DNA of 64,000 bases from Eledone cirrhosa (Eukaryota). The number at the start of each line of letters is the position of its first letter. The first letter of the stretch is position 1. The stretch lies in the NCBI GenBank assembly GCA_964016885.1, contig OZ024740.1, forward strand, positions 433,132,001 through 433,196,000, given 5' to 3'. The notes beneath the pieces are model-generated. The model saw nothing but the letters and a program-made list of their open reading frames with translations, made no database searches and was not told the origin of the DNA. The translations under genes and the position numbers were made by a program. Shown piece by piece: positions 54,101-64,000 of the stretch.

Positions 54101-57100
54101 ATATGTTGGTGAGGACTGAGTGTTGTTACAGTGATATGTTGGTGAGGACAGTGTTGTTACAGTGTTATGTTGGTGAGGACTGAGTGTTGTTACAGTGATA
54201 TGTTGGTGAGGACTGAGTGTTGTTACAGTGATATGTTGGTGAGGACTGAGTGTTGTTACAGTGATATGTTGGTGAGGACTGAGTGTTGTTACAGTGATAT
54301 GTTGGTGAGGACAGAGTGTTGTTACAGTAATATGTTGGTGAGGACTGAGTGTTGTTACAGTAATAGGTTGGTGAGGACTGAGTGTTGTTACAGTGATATG
54401 TTGGTGAGGACTGAGTGTTGTTACAGTAATATGTTGGTGAGGACTGAGTGTTGTTACAGTAATAGGTTGGTGAGGACTGAGTGTTGTTACAGTGATATGT
54501 TGGTGAGGACTGAGTGTTGTTACAGTAATATGTTGGTGAGGACTGAGTGTTGTTACAGTGATATGTTGGTGAGGACTGAGTGTTGTTACAGTAATAGGTT
54601 GGTGAGGACTGAGTGTTGTTACAGTGATATGTTGGTGAGGACAGAGTGTTGTTACAGTAATATGTTGGTGAGGACTGAGTGTTGTTACAGTAATAGGTTG
54701 GTGAGGACTGAGTGTTGTTACAGTGATATGTTGGTGAGGACTGAGTGTTGTTACAGTAATATGTTGGTGAGGACTGAGTGTTGTTACAGTAATAGGTTGG
54801 TGAGGACTGAGTGTTGTTACAGTGATATGTTGGTGAGGACAGAGTGTTGTTACAGTAATATGTTGGTGAGGACTGAGTGTTGTTACAGTAATAGGTTGGT
54901 GAGGACTGAGTGTTGTTACAGTGATATGTTGGTGAGGACTGAGTGTTGTTACAGTAATATGTTGGTGAGGACTGAGTGTTGTTACAGTAATAGGTTGGTG
55001 AGGACTGAGTGTTGTTACAGTAATATGTTGGTGAGGACTGAGTGTTGTTACAGTGATAGGTTGGTGAGGACTGAGTGTTGTTACAGTAATATGTTGGTGA
55101 GGACTGAGTGTTGTTACAGTAATAGGTTGGTGAGGACTGAGTGTTGTTACAGTGATATGTTGGTGAGGACTGAGTGTTGTTACAGTGATATGTTGGTGAG
55201 GACTGAGTGTTGTTACAGTGATATGTTGGTGAGGACTGAGTGTTGTTACAGTGATATGTTGGTGAGGACTGAGTGTTGTTACAGTGATATGTTGGTGAGG
55301 ACAGAGTGTTGTTACAGTAATATGTTGGTGAGGACTGAGTGTTGTTACAGTGATATGTTGGTGAGGACTGAGTGTTGTTACAGTGATATGTTGGTGAGGA
55401 CTGAGTGTTGTTACAGTGATATGTTGGTGAGGACAGTGTTGTTACAGTGTTATGTTGGTGAGGACTGAGTGTTGTTACAGTGATATGTTGGTGAGGACTG
55501 AGTGTTGTTACAGTGATATGTTGGTGAGGACTGAGTGTTGTTACAGTGATATGTTGGTGAGGACTGAGTGTTGTTACAGTGATATGTTGGTGAGGACTGA
55601 GTGTTGTTACAGTGATATGTTGGTGAGGACTGAGTGTTGTTACAGTAATATGTTGGTGAGGACTGAGTGTTGTTACAGTGATATGTTGGTGAGGACTGAG
55701 TGTTGTTACAGTAATAGGTTGGTGAGGACTGAGTGTTGTTACAGTGATATGTTGGTGAGGACTGAGTGTTGTTACAGTAATAGGTTGGTGAGGACTGAGT
55801 GTTGTTACAGTGATATGTTGGTGAGGACTGAGTGTTGTTACAGTGATATGTTGGTGAGGACTGAGTGTTGTTACAGTGATATGTTGGTGAGGACTGAGTG
55901 TTGTTACAGTAATATGTTGGTGAGGACTGAGTGTTGTTACAGTGATATGTTGGTGAGGACTGAGTGTTGTTACAGTAATAGGTTGGTGAGGACTGAGTGT
56001 TGTTACAGTGATATGTTGGTGAGGACTGAGTGTTGTTACAGTAATAGGTTGGTGAGGACTGAGTGTTGTTACAGTGATATGTTGGTGAGGACTGAGTGTT
56101 GTTACAGTGATATGTTGGTGAGGACAGTGTTGTTACAGTGATATGTTGGTGAGGACAGTGTTGTTACAGTAATATGTTGGTGAGGACTGAGTGTTGTTAC
56201 AGTGATATGTTGGTGAGGACTGAGTGTTGTTACAGTGATATGTTGGTGAGGACTGAGTGTTGTTACAGTGATATGTTGGTGAGGACAGAGTGTTGTTACA
56301 GTGATATGTTGGTGAGGACTGAGTGTTGGTACAGTAATAGGTTGGTGAGGACTGAGTGTTGTTACAGTGATATGTTGGTAAGGACTGAGTGTTGTTACAG
56401 TAATATGTTGGTGAGGACTGAGTGTTGTTACAGTGATATGTTGGTAAGGACTGAGTGTTGTTACAGTAATATGTTGGTGAGGACTGAGTGTTGTTACAGT
56501 GATATGTTGGTGAGGACTGAGTGTTGTTACAGTGATATGTTGGTGAGGACAGAGTGTTGTTACAGTAATATGTTGGTGAGGACTGAGTGTTGTTACAGTA
56601 ATATGTTGGTGAGGACTGAGTGTTGTTACAGTGATATGTTGGTGAGGACTGAGTGTTGTTACAGTGATATGTTGGTGAGGACTGAGTGTTGTTACAGTGA
56701 TATGTTGGTGAGGACTGAGTCTTGTTACAGTGATATGTTGGTGAGGACTGACTGTTGTTACAGTGATATGTTGGTGAGGACTGAGTGTTGTTACAGTGAT
56801 ATGTTGGTGAGGACTGAGTGTTGTTACAGTGATATGTTGGTGAGGACTGACTGTTGTTACAGTGATATGTTGGTGAGGACTGAGTGTTGTTACAGTGATA
56901 TGTTGGTGAGGACTGACTGTTGTTACAGTGATATGTTGGTGAGGACTGAGTGTTGTTACAGTGATATGTTGGTGAGGACTGACTGTTGTTACAGTGATAT
57001 GTTGGTGAGGACTGAGTGTTGTTACAGTGATATGTTGGTAAGGACTGAGTGTTGTTACAGTAATAGGTTGGTGAGGACTGAGTGTTGTTACAGTGATATG

Positions 57101-60100
57101 TTGGTGAGGACTGAGTGTTGTTACAGTGATATGTTGGTGAGGACAGTGTTGTTACAGTGATATGTTGGTGAGGACAGTGTTGTTACAGTAATATGTTGGT
57201 GAGGACTGAGTGTTGTTACAGTGATATGTTGGTGAGGACTGAGTGTTGTTACAGTGATATGTTGGTGAGGACTGAGTGTTGTTACAGTGATATGTTGGTG
57301 AGGACAGTGTTGTTACAGTGATATGTTGGTGAGGACAGTGTTGTTACAGTAATATGTTGGTGAGGACTGAGTGTTGTTACAGTGATATGTTGGTGAGGAC
57401 TGAGTGTTGTTACAGTGATATGTTGGTGAGGACTGAGTGTTGTTACAGTGATATGTTGGTGAGGACAGAGTGTTGTTACAGTGATAGGTTGGTGAGGACT
57501 GAGTGTTGTTACAGTAATAGGTTGGTGAGGACTGAGTGTTGTTACAGTGATATGTTGGTGAGGACTGAGTGTTGTTACAGTAATAGGTTGGTGAGGACTG
57601 AGTGTTGTTACAGTGATATGTTGGTGAGGACTGAGTGTTGTTACAGTGATATGTTGGTGAGGACTGAGTGTTGTTACAGTGATATGTTGGTGAGGACTGA
57701 GTGTTACAGTAATATGTTGGTGAGGACTGAGTGTTGTTACAGTGATATGTTGGTGAGGACTGAGTGTTGTTACAGTGATATGTTGGTGAGGACAGAGTGT
57801 TGTTACAGTGATATGTTGGTGAGGACTGAGTGTTGTTACAGTGATAGGTTGGTGAGGACTGAGTGTTGTTACAGTAATAGGTTGGTGAGGACTGAGTGTT
57901 GTTACAGTGATATGTTGGTGAGGACTGAGTGTTGTTACAGTGATATGTTGGTGAGGACAGAGTGTTGTTACAGTAATATGTTGGTGAGGACTGAGTGTTG
58001 TTACAGTGATATGTTGGTGAGGACTGAGTGTTGTTACAGTGATATGTTGGTGATGACTGAGTGTTGTTACAGTGATATGTTGGTGAGGACAGTGTTGTTA
58101 CAGTGTTATGTTGGTGAGGACTGAGTGTTGTTACAGTGATATGTTGGTGAGGACTGAGTGTTGTTACAGTGATATGTTGGTGAGGACTGAGTGTTGTTAC
58201 AGTGATATGTTGGTGAGGACTGAGTGTTGTTACAGTGATATGTTGGTGAGGACTGAGTGTTGTTACAGTGATATGTTGGTGAGGACTGAGTGTTGTTACA
58301 GTAATATGTTGGTGAGGACTGAGTGTTGTTACAGTGATATGTTGGTGAGGACTGAGTGTTGTTACAGTAATAGGTTGGTGAGGACTGAGTGTTGTTACAG
58401 TGATATGTTGGTGAGGACTGAGTGTTGTTACAGTAATAGGTTGGTGAGGACTGAGTGTTGTTACAGTGATATGTTGGTGAGGACTGAGTGTTGTTACAGT
58501 GATATGTTGGTGAGGACTGAGTGTTGTTACAGTGATATGTTGGTGAGGACTGAGTGTTGTTACAGTAATATGTTGGTGAGGACTGAGTGTTGTTACAGTG
58601 ATATGTTGGTGAGGACTGAGTGTTGTTACAGTAATAGGTTGGTGAGGACTGAGTGTTGTTACAGTGATATGTTGGTGAGGACTGAGTGTTGTTACAGTAA
58701 TAGGTTGGTGAGGACTGAGTGTTGTTACAGTGATATGTTGGTGAGGACTGAGTGTTGTTACAGTGATATGTTGGTGAGGACAGTGTTGTTACAGTGATAT
58801 GTTGGTGAGGACAGTGTTGTTACAGTAATATGTTGGTGAGGACTGAGTGTTGTTACAGTGATATGTTGGTGAGGACTGAGTGTTGTTACAGTGATATGTT
58901 GGTGAGGACTGAGTGTTGTTACAGTGATATGTTGGTGAGGACAGTGTTGTTACAGTGATATGTTGGTGAGGACAGTGTTGTTACAGTAATATGTTGGTGA
59001 GGACTGAGTGTTGTTACAGTGATATGTTGGTGAGGACTGAGTGTTGTTACAGTGATATGTTGGTGAGGACTGAGTGTTGTTACAGTGATATGTTGGTGAG
59101 GACAGAGTGTTGTTACAGTGATATGTTGGTGAGGACTGAGTGTTGGTACAGTAATAGGTTGGTGAGGACTGAGTGTTGTTACAGTGATATGTTGGTAAGG
59201 ACTGAGTGTTGTTACAGTAATATGTTGGTGAGGACTGAGTGTTGTTACAGTGATATGTTGGTAAGGACTGAGTGTTGTTACAGTAATATGTTGGTGAGGA
59301 CTGAGTGTTGTTACAGTGATATGTTGGTGAGGACTGAGTGTTGTTACAGTGATATGTTGGTGAGGACAGAGTGTTGTTACAGTAATATGTTGGTGAGGAC
59401 TGAGTGTTGTTACAGTAATATGTTGGTGAGGACTGAGTGTTGTTACAGTGATATGTTGGTGAGGACTGAGTGTTGTTACAGTGATATGTTGGTGAGGACT
59501 GAGTGTTGTTACAGTGATATGTTGGTGAGGACTGAGTCTTGTTACAGTGATATGTTGGTGAGGACTGACTGTTGTTACAGTGATATGTTGGTGAGGACTG
59601 AGTGTTGTTACAGTGATATGTTGGTGAGGACTGAGTGTTGTTACAGTGATATGTTGGTGAGGACTGACTGTTGTTACAGTGATATGTTGGTGAGGACTGA
59701 GTGTTGTTACAGTGATATGTTGGTGAGGACTGACTGTTGTTACAGTGATATGTTGGTGAGGACTGAGTGTTGTTACAGTAATATGTTGGTGAGGACAGTG
59801 TTGTTACAGTAATATGTTGGTGAGGACTGAGTGTTGTTACAGTAATATGTTGGTGAGGACAGAGTGTTGTTACAGTAATATGTTGGTGAGGACTGAGTGT
59901 TGTTACAGTAATATGTTGGTGAGGACTGAGTGTTGTTACAGTAATATGTTGGTGAGGACAGAGTGTTGTTGGTGAGGACAGTGTTGTTACAGTGATATGT
60001 TGGTGAGGACAGTGTTGTTACAGTAATATGTTGGTGAGGACTGAGTGTTGTTACAGTGATATGTTGGTGAGGACTGAGTGTTGTTACAGTGATATGTTGG

Positions 60101-63100
60101 TGAGGACTGAGTGTTGTTACAGTGATATGTTGGTGAGGACAGAGTGTTGTTACAGTGATATGTTGGTGAGGACTGAGTGTTGGTACAGTAATAGGTTGGT
60201 GAGGACTGAGTGTTGTTACAGTGATATGTTGGTAAGGACTGAGTGTTGTTACAGTAATATGTTGGTGAGGACTGAGTGTTGTTACAGTGATATGTTGGTG
60301 AGGACTGAGTGTTGTTACAGTGATATGTTGGTGAGGACAGAGTGTTGTTACAGTAATATGTTGGTGAGGACTGAGTGTTGTTACAGTAATATGTTGGTGA
60401 GGACTGAGTGTTGTTACAGTGATATGTTGGTGAGGACTGAGTGTTGTTACAGTGATATGTTGGTGAGGACTGAGTGTTGTTACAGTGATATGTTGGTGAG
60501 GACTGAGTCTTGTTACAGTGATATGTTGGTGAGGACTGACTGTTGTTACAGTGATATGTTGGTGAGGACTGAGTGTTGTTACAGTGATATGTTGGTGAGG
60601 ACTGAGTGTTGTTACAGTGATATGTTGGTGAGGACTGACTGTTGTTACAGTGATATGTTGGTGAGGACTGAGTGTTGTTACAGTGATATGTTGGTGAGGA
60701 CTGACTGTTGTTACAGTGATATGTTGGTGAGGACTGAGTGTTGTTACAGTAATATGTTGGTGAGGACAGTGTTGTTACAGTAATATGTTGGTGAGGACTG
60801 AGTGTTGTTACAGTAATATGTTGGTGAGGACAGAGTGTTGTTACAGTAATATGTTGGTGAGGACTGAGTGTTGTTACAGTAATATGTTGGTGAGGACTGA
60901 GTGTTGTTACAGTAATATGTTGGTGAGGACAGAGTGTTGTTACAGTAATATGTTGGTGAGGACTGAGTGTTGTTACAGTAATAGGTTGGTGAGGACTGAG
61001 TGTTGTTACAGTGATATGTTGGTGAGGACAGAGTGTTGTTACAGAAATATGTTGGTGAGGACTGAGTGTTGTTACAGTGATATGTTGGTGAGGACTGAGT
61101 GTTGTTACAGTGATAGGTTGGTGAGGACTGAGTGTTGTTACAGTAATAGGTTGGTGAGGACTGAGTGTTGTTACAGTGATATGTTGGTGAGGACAGAGTG
61201 TTGTTACAGTGATATGTTGGTGAGGACTGAGTGTTGTTACAGTAATATGTTGGTGAGGACTGAGTGTTGTTACAGTGATATGTTGGTGAGGACTGAGTGT
61301 TGTTACAGTGATATGTTGGTGAGGACTGAGTGTTGTTACAGTGATATGTTGGTGAGGACTGAGTGTTGTTACAGTAATGTTGGTGAGGACTGAGTGTTGT
61401 TACAGTGATATGTTGGTGAGGACTGAGTGTTGTTACAGTAATATGTTGGTGAGGACTGAGTGTTGTTACAGTAATATGTTGGTGAGGACTGAGTGTTGTT
61501 ACAGTGATATGTTGGTGAGGACTGAGTGTTGTTACAGTGATATGTTGGTGAGGACTGAGTGTTGTTACAGTGATATGTTGGTGAGGACTGAGTGTTGTTA
61601 CAGTGATATGTTGGTGAGGACTGAGTGTTACAGTGATAGGTTGGTGAGGACTGAGTGTTGTTACAGTAATATGTTGGTGAGGACTGAGTGTTGTTACAGT
61701 GATATGTTGGTGAGGACTGAGTGTTGTTACAGTGATATGTTGGTGAGGACTGAGTGTTGTTACAGTGATATGTTGGTGAGGACTGAGTGTTGTTACAGTG
61801 ATATGTTGGTGAGGACTGAGTGTTGTTACAGTGATATGTTGGTGAGGACTGAGTGTTGTTACAGTAATAGGTTGGTGAGGACTGAGTGTTGTTACAGTAA
61901 TATGTTGGTGAGGACTGAGTGTTGTTACAGTAATATGTTGGTGAGGACTGAGTGTTGTTACAGTGATATGTTGGTGAGGACTGAGTGTTGTTACAGTGAT
62001 ATGTTGGTGAGGACTGAGTGTTTTTACAGTAATATGTTGGCGAGGACTGAGTGTTGTTACAGTAATATGTTGGTGAGGACTGAATGTTGTTACAGTGATA
62101 TGTTGGTGAGGACTGAGTGTTGTTACAGTAATATGTTGGTGAGGACTGAGTGTTGTTACAGTGATATGTTGGTGAGGACAGAGTGTTGTTACAGTGATAT
62201 GTTGGTGAGGACTGAGTGTTGTTACAGTGATATGTTGGTGAGGACAGAGTGTTGTTACAGTGATATGTTGGTGAGGACTGAGTGTTGTTACAGTGATATG
62301 TTGGTGAGGACTGAGTGTTGTTACAGTAATATGTTGGTGAGGACTGAGTGTTGTTACAGTAATATGTTGGTGAGGACTGAGTGTTGTTACAGTGATATGT
62401 TGGTGAGGACTGAGTGTTGTTACAGTAATATGTTGGTGAGGACTGAGTGTTTTTACAGTAATATGTTGGTGAGGACTGAGTGTTGTTACAGTGATATGTT
62501 GGTGAGGACTGAGTGTTGTTACAGTGATATGTTGGTGAGGACTGAGTGTTGTTACAGTAATAGGTTGGTGAGGACTGAGTGTTGTTACAGTGATATGTTG
62601 GTGAGGACTGAGTGTTGTTACAGTAATAGGTTGGTGAGGACTGAGTGTTGTTACAGTGATATGTTGGTGAGGACTGAGTGTTGTTACAGTGATATGTTGG
62701 TGAGGACTGAGTGTTGTTACAGTGATATGTTGGTGAGGACTGAGTGTTACAGTAATATGTTGGTGAGGACTGAGTGTTGTTACAGTGATATGTTGGTGAG
62801 GACTGAGTGTTGTTACAGTGATATGTTGGTGAGGACAGAGTGTTGTTACAGTGATATGTTGGTGAGGACTGAGTGTTGTTACAGTGATAGGTTGGTGAGG
62901 ACTGAGTGTTGTTACAGTAATATGTTGGTGAGGACTGAGTGTTGTTACAGTGATATGTTGGTGAGGACTGAGTGTTGTTACAGTGATATGTTGGTGAGGA
63001 CAGAGTGTTGTTACAGTAATATGTTGGTGAGGACTGAGTGTTGTTACAGTGATATGTTGGTGAGGACTGAGTGTTGTTACAGTGATATGTTGGTGAGGAC

Positions 63101-64000
63101 AGTGTTGTTACAGTGTTATGTTGGTGAGGACTGAGTGTTGTTACAGTGATATGTTGGTAAGGACTGAGTGTTGTTACAGTAATAGGTTGGTGAGGACTGA
63201 GTGTTGTTACAGTGATATGTTGGTGAGGACTGAGTGTTGTTACAGTGATATGTTGGTGAGGACAGTGTTGTTACAGTGATATGTTGGTGAGGACAGTGTT
63301 GTTACAGTAATATGTTGGTGAGGACTGAGTGTTGTTACAGTGATATGTTGGTGAGGACTGAGTGTTGTTACAGTGATATGTTGGTGAGGACTGAGTGTTG
63401 TTACAGTGATATGTTGGTGAGGACAGTGTTGTTACAGTGATATGTTGGTGAGGACAGTGTTGTTACAGTAATATGTTGGTGAGGACTGAGTGTTGTTACA
63501 GTGATATGTTGGTGAGGACTGAGTGTTGTTACAGTGATATGTTGGTGAGGACTGAGTGTTGTTACAGTGATATGTTGGTGAGGACAGAGTGTTGTTACAG
63601 TGATAGGTTGGTGAGGACTGAGTGTTGTTACAGTAATAGGTTGGTGAGGACTGAGTGTTGTTACAGTGATATGTTGGTGAGGACTGAGTGTTGTTACAGT
63701 AATAGGTTGGTGAGGACTGAGTGTTGTTACAGTGATATGTTGGTGAGGACTGAGTGTTGTTACAGTGATATGTTGGTGAGGACTGAGTGTTGTTACAGTG
63801 ATATGTTGGTGAGGACTGAGTGTTACAGTAATATGTTGGTGAGGACTGAGTGTTGTTACAGTGATATGTTGGTGAGGACTGAGTGTTGTTACAGTGATAT
63901 GTTGGTGAGGACAGAGTGTTGTTACAGTGATATGTTGGTGAGGACTGAGTGTTGTTACAGTGATAGGTTGGTGAGGACTGAGTGTTGTTACAGTAATATG

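Larger units (their letters stand above)
31571..64000 (+). repeat. 33-bp tandem satellite array, right contig segment; open at window end
   Basis: Same monomer and orientation as the left segment, with no non-repeat sequence up to base 64000. Confidence 0.99.
34600..64000 (+). repeat. Array sub-domain C: G-type-rich, with GACAGAG, ATAGG, CAGTGTTATG, TGTTGGTAC and GAGTCTTG marker monomers
   Basis: CAGTGTTATG occurs at about 38521, 41505, 47518, 52919, 54160, 55445, 58101 and 63111. GAGTCTTG occurs at about 42410, 48423, 56717, 59534 and 60505. I did not see the GAGAACAG cassette after 32692. Confidence 0.8.

Noticed and set aside
194-63134. ORFs encoding (MLVRTECCYSD/N)n as real Cys-rich protein genes
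   Set aside because: They are direct translations of the 33-bp monomer. Their boundaries fall at deletion or TAG variants, they have no unique N- or C-terminal domains, and frameshifts are amplified along with the array.
1-64000. CRISPR array (33 bp is within repeat size range)
   Set aside because: Monomers abut directly with no unique spacers, and there is no leader or cas gene.
1-64000. Telomerase-synthesised telomeric repeat
   Set aside because: The unit is longer than telomerase repeats I know of, and rare variants are inherited in kb-scale duplicated blocks, which points to recombinational amplification rather than templated addition.

Overview
The whole 64-kb window is one head-to-tail, single-orientation tandem array (satellite or very large minisatellite) of a 33-bp monomer, consensus ATGTTGGTGAGGACTGAGTGTTGTTACAGT(G/A)AT. 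I estimate about 1,900-1,950 copies from the length. The array runs off both window edges and is interrupted only by a 200-N assembly gap at 31371-31570. I see no unique sequence, credible gene, RNA gene, CRISPR spacer or transposon. The many MLVRTECCYS(D/N) ORFs arise because the monomer is 11 codons long and stop-free in one plus-strand frame. The real information is in the variant monomers: a common G/A dimorphism, 31-bp and 30-bp deletion monomers, and rare point variants. These reveal sub-domains and a nested hierarchy of duplications with offsets of about 99/198, 161, 1037, 1598, 2094, 2302, 2656, 2822, 4415/6013, 10,200-10,300 and 19,634 bp. About 5.3 kb before the gap is rich in private indels and looks like low-quality contig-end consensus. 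I did not find a new protein-coding or defence system. The best leads are the variable higher-order repeat architecture and a possible redundant overlap across the gap. The source organism cannot be determined from this window; a eukaryotic scaffold is an inference.
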